This document shows positions 1-7,908 of a stretch of 64,000 bases of DNA, piece after piece. Within the stretch, counting starts at the first letter, position 1. Each line of letters starts with the position of its first letter. The notes under the pieces are model-generated. The model was given only the letters and a program-made list of their open reading frames with translations. It ran no database searches and was not told the DNA's origin. The translations under genes and the position numbers were made by a program. Origin of the DNA: a virus; the IMG/VR virus record IMGVR_UViG_3300033233_000010, positions 32,001 through 96,000 of that record. The stretch is one strand, 5' to 3'.

Positions 1-204
1 GGCCTACCGCGCGAACCGTTCGTCGACACGCTGCTCAACGAAACCAGCCGGCCAACTCCGTGCTCACGCCGCGACCAGCAGGTCGCCTGCACGCTCGCCC
101 AGTGGCTCGGTTCGCCTGTCGGCATCGAGTGGGTGATGCGTGTGCTCGCCAAGAACAAGAACAAGATCGGAAGACCGATCCCGGAGGAGTTGACGAGTGG
201 CTGA
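1..204 (+). CDS. Hypothetical phage protein, 5'-truncated by window edge
   Basis: Frame 1 is open from base 1 to TGA at 202-204 (…RDQQVACTLAQWLGSPVGIEWV…), with GC3-rich codons; overlaps the start of the next gene. Confidence 0.7.
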   Translation, partial: GLPREPFVDTLLNETSRPTPCSRRDQQVACTLAQWLGSPVGIEWVMRVLAKNKNKIGRPIPEELTSG

Positions 205-514
205 GACGACGAACGACGACAAGACGGAGGAGGAGAAATTCGCCGCGCTCCAGTGGTTCGACCTCGGACGCGGGGCGGGCAAGGACGAGTTCCTGCGCTG
301 CCGCCTCCTCCAGCCCGGCTCGACCGGACCGTGGGTCATCGCCACGGTCTGCGAGCGTCGTAACTACTCGACCAAGGCAAAGACGGAGGCGACCAACGAG
401 ACGGTTGTCGTCGACGCCATCACGCGGTCCATGGTCATCGTCCCGAACGACCCGCGGATGTCGCCTCCGGTCCACCGCCGCGATGCGCGTGTGCTCACCG
501 AAGGCAAGCCGTGA
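197..514 (+). CDS. Hypothetical protein
   Basis: GTG start after GGAGGAG; GC3-rich codons; GTGA overlap with next gene. Confidence 0.75.
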   Translation: MAETTNDDKTEEEKFAALQWFDLGRGAGKDEFLRCRLLQPGSTGPWVIATVCERRNYSTKAKTEATNETVVVDAITRSMVIVPNDPRMSPPVHRRDARVLTEGKP

Positions 515-1051
515 GCGAGCAGGTCAACATCCACGGCAACATCACGTTCTCCGACAACTACGGCAAGCAGTACGAAGTGGTCGCTGAGATCAAAAAGCTC
601 CGCGCTTCGGTCGAGCTTCTCCTCAAGCTGTCCACTGTCCGACTCGGTTCGGTGAACGTCGATGCGCTGGATGCGCTCAAACTCCACTGGTTCCAGAGCG
701 TCTTCGGTAACTTCGGCGTCGGATGGAGCGCGTCGCGCGTCATCCTCGGCGCAGCCCGGCTACGACATAGAGCACTTGGAGTCCGGGGTCAAGACGGGGC
801 TCCCGAACGACCTCACGACACCCGACAACCGGTGGAACTTCGTCAACACGCTCAAGCTCATCATCGCGTCCAAGGTGTTCGAGCCGGCCCCCTTGTCGGT
901 CGAGAGCCTGATCCGCGCCGTCATCAGTAACACAGCCACGCTCGATCCCATCTCACAGGTAGGCGCGTTGGCAGCTATCTGCCCGGAGATCAAGCCGGAC
1001 GGCGTGCGCCCGGCGGAGTCCCTTGCTCTGGCGTCCCAACTAGCTTCATGA
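511..1051 (+). pseudogene. Hypothetical gene with an apparent +1 frameshift near 750
   Basis: Coding-like codons run in the 511 frame to …VILG (750), then switch to the 662 frame (QPGYDIEHLE…) to the stop at 1051; no good start for the second part. Confidence 0.55.
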
Positions 1052-1835
1052 GCCACGGGGCCTTCATCGAGCGTTCGGGGCCGCGGGCGAGTCGCTTGTT
1101 GTGCCACCGGGTTCCGGTCCCGGCGACCGCGTCTCTGGGGTTCATGTTCCCCGGGAGGTCGTTCTTCATCGGCAGCGCGTAGCCCTGGCCGTCTGAGCCG
1201 GGGATCATAGCCGCGTTGGCTCCGATCGCCCGATCGTAGAGGCTCTCCGCCTTGGGCTCGCGTCCGGTTCGTACCTTGACCGCCTGGATCGCCGCCTTCT
1301 TCCCGAGTCCCTTGGCGCCGCGGATGGCGACGGCGAGTCCACGGATGCCGTCGGCGTCGATCCACGCTCGCTTGAAGGTCTCGATCGGAACATGCCCGTA
1401 CTTTGGCGCACGAACCCGCGGGTCCATGAAGTAGACGCTTCCGTTGTCGACCGTGACCACGACGACATAGTGCCCGTAGGCGTGTTTGTCGATGCGCGCG
1501 TTGGCCGAGGGCCTGGCCTGAAATTCGACGATCACCGTCTCGCCGCCCCTGACCCTTCGCCGGAGGTCGTCGATGGTCATGCGCCTGACGAGGTCGGCAC
1601 GAAGCCCGAGGTGTCGCGCCAGAGCAGCCATCGTGGGAGCCTCGGTCCCGCGCTTCCAGTTGGTCCCGAGCGGCTTCATGATCTGGCGCTCGGATTCGGC
1701 GGGAAGCCGCCAGTAGCGGAAGATCGAGAGAAGCGCCGCGGCGCCGCACGAGTAGCTCGTCGACTGGAAGACGTGAGGAACCGAGAGAGCTTCGAGCCCG
1801 CCCGACGCCTCCAACAGTCGATCGAAGAGACTCAC
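990..1835 (-). CDS. C39-like (papain-fold) cysteine peptidase
   Basis: QSTSYSCGAAAL (Q…C), GHYVVV (H) and YFMDP (D) match the C39 peptidase layout; start taken at GTG 1835 (MSLFDRLLEA). Confidence 0.8.
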   Translation of the reverse strand: MSLFDRLLEASGGLEALSVPHVFQSTSYSCGAAALLSIFRYWRLPAESERQIMKPLGTNWKRGTEAPTMAALARHLGLRADLVRRMTIDDLRRRVRGGETVIVEFQARPSANARIDKHAYGHYVVVVTVDNGSVYFMDPRVRAPKYGHVPIETFKRAWIDADGIRGLAVAIRGAKGLGKKAAIQAVKVRTGREPKAESLYDRAIGANAAMIPGSDGQGYALPMKNDLPGNMNPRDAVAGTGTRWHNKRLARGPERSMKAPWLMKLVGTPEQGTPPGARRPA

Positions 1836-1865
1836 GGGTTCGAGTTTAACGTTTGTCGGCTTTTC

Positions 1866-1875
1866 GGGGTAGAAC
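1866..1875 (+). promoter_or_regulatory. Putative extended -10 element GGGGTAGAAC
   Basis: Intergenic, upstream of the 1897 gene; identical 10-mer at 3138-3147 and variants upstream of several - strand genes. Confidence 0.45.
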
Positions 1876-1896
1876 GGAGCGCTTAGAGGAGAAACC

Positions 1897-2280
1897 GTGG
1901 CCGACAAGATGGCGAAGTCCGCGTCAGTAACGACGACAACGACGAAGGTGATCGACACCAAGCCGGCGATGTCCGACGCCGACGCGAAGTGGTTCGAGAG
2001 CCTGAAGGGCGTCCTCCGGCTCTACGAGAACACGCTCGCTTCGAGCGGGGTCATCCGCGCGAAGGCGACCGACGGGTCGGAGCTGACGCGCGTCTCGCGG
2101 CTCGGTCACGCGAGATGGATGCTCGACCAGCTCCTCCAAGGGGTCGAGCCGCGGCACCGCGATCCGCTCGTCGCGCTCGCCCACTTCGGCATGATCCAGG
2201 GGCTCCTCTGGGGCGAGAACGTCTTCCCGATGTCGGCCCTTCACGACCACGCTCGCCAGCTCTACCCCGAAACCAGGTGA
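1897..2280 (+). CDS. Hypothetical protein
   Basis: GAGGAG RBS before GTG; GC3-rich codons. Confidence 0.8.
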   Translation: MADKMAKSASVTTTTTKVIDTKPAMSDADAKWFESLKGVLRLYENTLASSGVIRAKATDGSELTRVSRLGHARWMLDQLLQGVEPRHRDPLVALAHFGMIQGLLWGENVFPMSALHDHARQLYPETR

Positions 2281-2687
2281 ACGCGCATCTCGTTGGGTCA
2301 CGCCCGGTTGTGGGGGCTTCGACGGAGTTCTACATCCGGCTGGACGACGATGACACCGGACGCATCTTCGTCTGCGACGGAAACAAGCAGCGCCTCCCCA
2401 TCGTTCGGGCGGCTGTTGTCGATGGGAATCGCCCGGTGTCGAGCATCGTGCAGAAGCCGCCTGGCGCCCTGGAGACGCGAGCCAACGCCGTCTACGTGAA
2501 CGCCCCGATGGGCGGGGAGACCCTCGTCGTGGTGGTTGGACGCGCACTCTACGATCAGTTCGGGGAAAGTAACGACCCCGACAAGACTTCCGTGTATCTT
2601 ATCTGCCAGTCGATGACCGTCATCGACAGGGTCGGCGAGTTGGCCGAGGGCATGGATCGTCAGCCCGATGCCGAGAGGAAACCGTAG
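2277..2687 (+). CDS. Hypothetical protein
   Basis: GTG overlapping the previous TGA, in the frame of ORF 1989..2687; coding-like from 2277. Confidence 0.75.
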   Translation: MNAHLVGSRPVVGASTEFYIRLDDDDTGRIFVCDGNKQRLPIVRAAVVDGNRPVSSIVQKPPGALETRANAVYVNAPMGGETLVVVVGRALYDQFGESNDPDKTSVYLICQSMTVIDRVGELAEGMDRQPDAERKP

Positions 2688-3135
2688 GGACGCCGCAAGG
2701 CCGACCGATCAACCTGATTGGGATGTCTGCATCGCATGGCGACGGATGCTCGTCGCCATGATGAATTCTTCGTGGGACATCGATGTCGCTGTCGAGCCGT
2801 TCCTGCGCAGCACGAGACGGCTCGTCGAGGCGCACTCCGATCCCGATGTCCAGACGGCAGCGCGCAAGCCTCTTCGCGCCGCCTGGATGCTGCTCAAGGC
2901 GAAGCGCTACTACGAGTGCTGCACGGCGGCGCTGGAGTGTCGAGTCCGCATCTTTGGCATCGAGGGGCCCGGTCGCATCGAGGTGGTCGGCCAAGCCCTG
3001 TGTCGAGCCATCCGAGGCGCTTACCCGGCTTCGCCGCCGGGGTTCGAGCGCGTGGGTCGGATGCGGCAGACCGACCGACCCAAGCTCGGCGGCTTCGACT
3101 GGAGTTCCATGCCGACGCCCGATGGAAACGACTGA
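2668..3135 (+). CDS. Hypothetical protein
   Basis: Best GC3 bias among the overlapping frames. Confidence 0.65.
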   Translation: MPRGNRRDAARPTDQPDWDVCIAWRRMLVAMMNSSWDIDVAVEPFLRSTRRLVEAHSDPDVQTAARKPLRAAWMLLKAKRYYECCTAALECRVRIFGIEGPGRIEVVGQALCRAIRGAYPASPPGFERVGRMRQTDRPKLGGFDWSSMPTPDGND

Positions 3136-3153
3136 TCGGGGTAGAACCCTGGC

Positions 3154-4008
3154 GTGACGGACGCGAAACGACCGCTGCCCTATCTCATCGCGCGCATCGC
3201 CCACGACGGCAGGCCGTGGCCGGATGACGGCACCTTCGATAAGATCGCGGCGTCCAAGGGGGCCATCCTCGGCGATGACGGTTGGTTCACGCGCGGTCGA
3301 CGCCGAGGCCGGTGGTATCTCGACGTGTCGCTGGCGAACTACGCGCCGATCATCGTGGCGCGCGAAAGGCTCAACGACATCCGCGCGCTCGAAGACCTGC
3401 GTTACCGCGCACAAGTCCACGTCGAGAGGGTACTGGAGCCGCTCTATCAGAAGTCCATCGCTCGGCTCCGGGCAGCTGACGACCCGCGGATCGTCCGCGG
3501 CGACAGGATCATGCGGATCGAGTTCACCAAGGACCACGTCTACTCGTCGGAGAGCTTTCCTACCGAGCGGGAGATCAAGGCCCCGGAGAACGCCGGAATC
3601 GTCGACAGGATCAGCGCAATCCCCACCCCGGACCACGAAGACTTCAAGGCCGGAGAGAACTGGCTGTTTCATCAGCGCGGAATCCACGCGGGTCTGTTCC
3701 GCGTGGGTCGCGCGGAGGCGGCGCTTCGCAAGGCGCTCGACCTCTACCGCCTCAAGCACCACCCGAAGGAGATGAGACTCCACTCGGACAGGCGTCCGAC
3801 CTTCGTCTTCATCATCAACGGGCGCTACTACCCGATCGGGCGCGAGGAGTACCAGAAGAACATCGTCATCTGGCCGCAGCTGTCCGACATCGTGGTCAAC
3901 TTAGACAAGGAGAACACGCGTGGCGAAGATCAAAGTAGTGGACGAGCTTCCGCCCGAGGTAGTGGCGATGCTCGCAGCTCTGTACTCGCGAAGCCCGAAG
4001 AGCGTTGA
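3154..4008 (+). CDS. Hypothetical protein
   Basis: 284-aa ORF with strong codon bias; GTG 6 nt after a TAGAAC element. Confidence 0.8.
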   Translation: MTDAKRPLPYLIARIAHDGRPWPDDGTFDKIAASKGAILGDDGWFTRGRRRGRWYLDVSLANYAPIIVARERLNDIRALEDLRYRAQVHVERVLEPLYQKSIARLRAADDPRIVRGDRIMRIEFTKDHVYSSESFPTEREIKAPENAGIVDRISAIPTPDHEDFKAGENWLFHQRGIHAGLFRVGRAEAALRKALDLYRLKHHPKEMRLHSDRRPTFVFIINGRYYPIGREEYQKNIVIWPQLSDIVVNLDKENTRGEDQSSGRASARGSGDARSSVLAKPEER

Positions 4009-4075
4009 CGAGCATCTGGAGCAGGTTCTCAAGCGTGGCCCCGACAAGTTCATGGACGACTACTACGTCGGCTAG
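3920..4075 (+). pseudogene. thyX: Orphaned 5' fragment (51 aa) of thyX
   Basis: AAGGAG RBS then GTG; MAKIKVVDELPPEVVAMLAALYSRSPKSVDEHLEQVLKRGPDKFMDDYYVG* aligns with residues 1-54 of the ThyX at 4915; not in the ORF track (<60 aa). Confidence 0.85.
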
Positions 4076-4112
4076 GCTGGCAGTAGATCGCCTACGCTGT
4101 TAGCCTGTCAAC

Positions 4113-4955
4113 GTGGCCCATCGGATCTTGCCGCAAGAACACGTCCGTCGCGTCATCGAGATACACGGCACGCGTCTTCGTGTCGTAGACCACTACGTCG
4201 ATGCCCACACGAAGATCCGCTACGAGTGCCCGAGGCACGGACGGTTCTGGGCAGCGCCGAAGAACGTAGTCACCAGGCGCTCGGGTTGCCGTCGGTGCTA
4301 CGAAGCGACGGTTGGTCCACGGTGCCGAAAGACCCACGCGGTCTACACCGCGGAGGCGCGTGCCGTCGGGATTCGAGTAATCGACCGCTACGTCACCGCT
4401 CTGACGCCGATCCGACATCGATGCGCTAAGGGTCACACCTGGAGCACGTCACCGAACCAGTTGCTCTCGGGCTATGGATGTCCGCTCTGCGACCGATCTC
4501 AATTCAGGCGCCGCCCAGTTCGAGTCGGGAACCGGGAAGTGATGCTCCAAGGTTCCGAGGGAGTAGCTGTTGCACTCATGCTTGCCGCCGGTGTCGATCC
4601 TGACGACCTGGCGTTCACAACCGCAGAGGGCCGCCCGACGTTCCGATACAGATTCGACGGTCGGGTTCGCGTCTACGTGCCCGATGCCTTTCAGCTTTCG
4701 GTGCGTCAGGTCATCGAGGTAAAAAGCGCGGTAACGCTCGGGCTCTACGACTCGACACTGTTTGCGCAAGTGAAAGCCAAGGCCCGAGCCGTCGTAGCTG
4801 CCGGACTCTCGTATCGGCTGATGGTCATCCACCGGAAGCAAAACATCGACATCGGTTCGAGCTGGTTTCGGTGGTCGTGGCGAACACTTAACACGCGATT
4901 CAGGAGGAAGACCCATGCCCAAGATCGTCGTTCTCGACGGAAACGACGTTCCTAG
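4113..4955 (+). mobile_element. Free-standing putative homing endonuclease (Zn-ribbon repeats plus PD-(D/E)XK-like domain)
   Basis: Two C-x2-H/G…GCxxC repeats (CPRHG…GCRRC, CAKGH…GCPLC) and YVPDAF…VIEVKS; lower GC3; lies between two thyX 5' ends. Confidence 0.7.
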
Positions 4956-6246
4956 CCCGGAAGACGTGGCGATGCTCGCAGCCATGTACTCACGAGATCC
5001 GCGATCGGTGCTCGACCATCTCGTCCAAGTGAAGCAACGCGGCTCGGCGAAGTTCCACGAGCAGTTTTATGTGGGCTACGGTCACAAGAGCATCGGCGAC
5101 TGCGGCTCGACGACGGTCTTCTTCGAGGGTGTCTCGATGTTGGCGGCGAAGGCCGTGCAGGACACCCCGCTGTACAACGGCCAGGAAGCCTCGACACGCT
5201 ACATCGACTTCTCCACACAGCTGATTCTCAACCCGCTCGCAACGCCGGGTGGGAAGGCTGTGCAGGACGCCTGGATGGCGCTCTACGCAGACACCATCGC
5301 GGCGCTCAAACCGCTTCTCGCCGAGCGCTACCCCCGGCAACCAGACCAGAAAGAGTCGGTGTGGACGAAGGCGATCGCCGCCAAAGCGTTCGACATCGGG
5401 CGGTCCCTGATACCAGCCGGCGGAACCACCAACGTCGCGTGGCACGTCAACCTGCGCCAAGCGTACGACCACAGCCGGGAGATGCGGAATCACCCGCTCC
5501 CCGAGATCGCCGGCCTTGGCGTGGGCGGAATCGAATGCCTGAAGGAGAAGTACCCGTCGAGCTTCTCCCACGAGGCGAAGCTCAAGGACGACAAGGCGCG
5601 CGAGAATTACAAGGCGGAGGAGCACTACATCGCGAAGAGCATGACGCGCTTCGCTTACTTCGCCGACACCGACGCCGTAGACGGGTTCTACGCCGACTTC
5701 GGCAAGCTCGACCTCCGCGCGATGGAGCCGCTCGGCGACCTCCTCGCCTCGCGACCGCCGCGGACCGAGCTGCACCAGCGCTTCCGCCAGTACGGGGTGA
5801 TCACGTTCAAGTTTCTCCTCGACTTCGGCAGTTACCGCGACCTCCAGCGGCAGCGGAGCGCTGTGCAGGAGATGCCGCTCCTCTCAATGCGCCACGGCTT
5901 CCACCCGTGGTACATCGAGCAGATGCCGCTCGGAACCGAAGCGCAGATCGCAGCGATCGGCAAGCTGGTCGAGCGGCTCCCAGCCGACGACTTCACCCGC
6001 CAGTACTACGTGCCCATGGGCTTCCGCTGCCCGGTCGTGATGACGTGTCCGCTCCCCTCGGCGGTCTACATCGCCGAGTTGCGAAGCGGGAACACCGTCC
6101 ATCCCACCCTCCGCGTGATCGCGCAGAAGATGGGCGAAGTGCTCAAGAAGACGATCCCCGAGCTGGCGATGCACCACGATATGTCGCCCGACTCGTGGAA
6201 CGTGAGGCGCGGAACGCAGGACATCGTAAAGAAAGCATCGGCGTAG
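4915..6246 (+). CDS. thyX: Flavin-dependent thymidylate synthase, two-domain type
   Basis: GHKSIGD, QEASTRY and RDLQRQR motifs; AGGAGG RBS. Confidence 0.85.
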   Translation: MPKIVVLDGNDVPSPEDVAMLAAMYSRDPRSVLDHLVQVKQRGSAKFHEQFYVGYGHKSIGDCGSTTVFFEGVSMLAAKAVQDTPLYNGQEASTRYIDFSTQLILNPLATPGGKAVQDAWMALYADTIAALKPLLAERYPRQPDQKESVWTKAIAAKAFDIGRSLIPAGGTTNVAWHVNLRQAYDHSREMRNHPLPEIAGLGVGGIECLKEKYPSSFSHEAKLKDDKARENYKAEEHYIAKSMTRFAYFADTDAVDGFYADFGKLDLRAMEPLGDLLASRPPRTELHQRFRQYGVITFKFLLDFGSYRDLQRQRSAVQEMPLLSMRHGFHPWYIEQMPLGTEAQIAAIGKLVERLPADDFTRQYYVPMGFRCPVVMTCPLPSAVYIAELRSGNTVHPTLRVIAQKMGEVLKKTIPELAMHHDMSPDSWNVRRGTQDIVKKASA

Positions 6247-6248
6247 CG

Positions 6249-6554
6249 ATGGCGCCGAAGGTGACTCCCGGCGTCTACCGCCACTACAAGGGGGGCCTCT
6301 ATCGCGTGTTCGGCGTTGCGGACTACACCGGCGAGCACGGCGATGTGTTCCCGAGCGCGCACCACCCGAAGACGGAAGGGTTTCCCGAGGGCGAGAAGCT
6401 CGTGGTCTACATCGGCCTCTACGACAACCCGCGCGGCAACCGCCTTTGCACAAGGCCGGTGCGTGAGTGGGTCGCGAAGCTCGTGCTCACCGCGAAGGAC
6501 GGCTACCCGGGAGGCCGAGTCGTCGAGCAGCGCTACGAGCGGATCGGAGACTAG
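6249..6554 (+). CDS. DUF1653-like protein
   Basis: GVYRHYKGGLYRV…VVYIGLY…TRP signature. Confidence 0.8.
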   Translation: MAPKVTPGVYRHYKGGLYRVFGVADYTGEHGDVFPSAHHPKTEGFPEGEKLVVYIGLYDNPRGNRLCTRPVREWVAKLVLTAKDGYPGGRVVEQRYERIGD

Positions 6555-7045
6555 GTCTTCGTCAGCGACTTGATCGCGCCCCGCCGGGCAGCTTCCACGC
6601 TCGGCGGGGCCTTGCAGATCGTCTTGGCGAGCGCCGTGTTGGGCATGGGGAAGCGCGGACCCGGCACGAAGACCGGGTTCGGCTCGACCTTCGAGTCGAG
6701 CATGAGGTCGATCTGCACCTCGCGCGGCGGCGTCCCGACCCGTTGAATGAGCCCGGCGCGCTGCAAGCCGGTGAGGATGCCGCCCAGGTCACGCGGGTCG
6801 ACCGTTACGCCAGCGTGCGCGATCACCTCAGCCGAAGTCCAGCCGAACCGCACGAGCTGTGTGTAGGTGACGACAAGCGTCTTCGTGTACTCGCTCTCCT
6901 CGGCCTTGGCGAAGAGGAAGTCACTAGTGACTTGCCACTTGCATTCGGAGCAGGAGAGCTTGGCGCGACGCGCCCACGCCGTCCACAGAGCGACGGGCGG
7001 AATGGTGCGACCGCAGCCCTCACAAGCGAGATTCTTGCCTGACAT
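6551..7045 (-). CDS. Zn-finger plus winged-helix-like hypothetical protein
   Basis: CEGC…CSEC; LGGILTGLQRAGLI resembles a wHTH recognition helix. Confidence 0.65.
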   Translation of the reverse strand: MSGKNLACEGCGRTIPPVALWTAWARRAKLSCSECKWQVTSDFLFAKAEESEYTKTLVVTYTQLVRFGWTSAEVIAHAGVTVDPRDLGGILTGLQRAGLIQRVGTPPREVQIDLMLDSKVEPNPVFVPGPRFPMPNTALAKTICKAPPSVEAARRGAIKSLTKT

Positions 7046-7098
7046 CTCAGGGAGTTATACCCGAGGCGCTTTGCATCGGCGAGCTGCCGGCACGGATT

Positions 7099-7512
7099 CT
7101 ACTTCCCGAGCGTGTCGACCATTTTGTCGACGATGGAGCGCGCTTGGAACTTCTCCACGTCGGCGACGACTCGCTGCATCGACCTCACGTAGTTCCCCGA
7201 AGGTGGCCCACCCTGCCACGGATGCAGCCCTTGGCAGACGATGCGGAGTTGTCGCTTGAATGCTTCCAAGAGATCCCTCTGGTCGGGCAAGAGGAGCAAG
7301 GTGCGCGTCTTGCCGATCTTCATCCCGAGGTCGATTGCCTTGGCGAGATCGCGTTCGAGAGGGGTCGCCGGCTTCTCCCCCGGGGTACGCGCTCCGATGC
7401 CGTAGGCGTAGTCAACGAGATACTCCTCGATCACTCGGGCCGTGGGCGTTCGCATCTTGAGCGTGACGCCGTGGGCCTTGGTCGGTCGATCGTCCACCGT
7501 CATCGTCATCAT
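7099..7512 (-). CDS. Hypothetical protein
   Basis: Coding-like from ATG 7512/7509; start uncertain. Confidence 0.7.
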   Translation of the reverse strand: MMTMTVDDRPTKAHGVTLKMRTPTARVIEEYLVDYAYGIGARTPGEKPATPLERDLAKAIDLGMKIGKTRTLLLLPDQRDLLEAFKRQLRIVCQGLHPWQGGPPSGNYVRSMQRVVADVEKFQARSIVDKMVDTLGK

Positions 7513-7584
7513 CCCTGTTCTACCTCTAACCTCGACAACACCGACGCGCGGTGGGAGTTGCACGGGTCGATGGCGGAGCGACTC

Positions 7585-7879
7585 CGTAAGTGCTTGTGAA
7601 AGCGCGGGAATGACGGATCTTCGCGATCGTTGGAGTCTGGTATACTAATCACCGTAAACGCTTGCCAAGTAATTACTTACGCTGGTCGACTTAAACGCGA
7701 GGAGGCCCAAACCGGTGTAACCACCTGGTCCGAGCCCCTTAGAACACGCGAGCAACGCAGAGTTGCAGCCGGTCAAACACTGCGATTTTGCGCGACTTAC
7801 GACTAGCCGCAGCCCGTCGTCGCACCACACGTCAAGCAGAACGCGCGTGTCAGACTTACGCGCCCCGTTCCACCACACG
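7585..7879. repeat. Intergenic cluster of ACTTACG/CGTAAGT and CACCACACG repeats
   Basis: ACTTACG at 7675, 7795, 7854; inverse CGTAAGT at 7585; CACCACACG at 7823 and 7871. Confidence 0.55.
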
Positions 7880-7908
7880 CCGGGCACTCGTGCTCTGAGC
7901 CCACGATG

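Noticed and set aside
4070-5079. Group I intron, or T4 gene 60-type ribosomal bypass, joining the thyX fragment to the downstream thyX
   Set aside because: No terminal G at the would-be 3' splice site and no room for an intron core outside the ORF; a ~1-kb hop is far longer than known bypasses; the downstream copy has its own RBS and start
7645-7887. 80-aa ORF MPGVWWNG…
   Set aside because: Weak GC3 bias, no clear RBS, and it overlaps the DNA repeat cluster; not called as CDS
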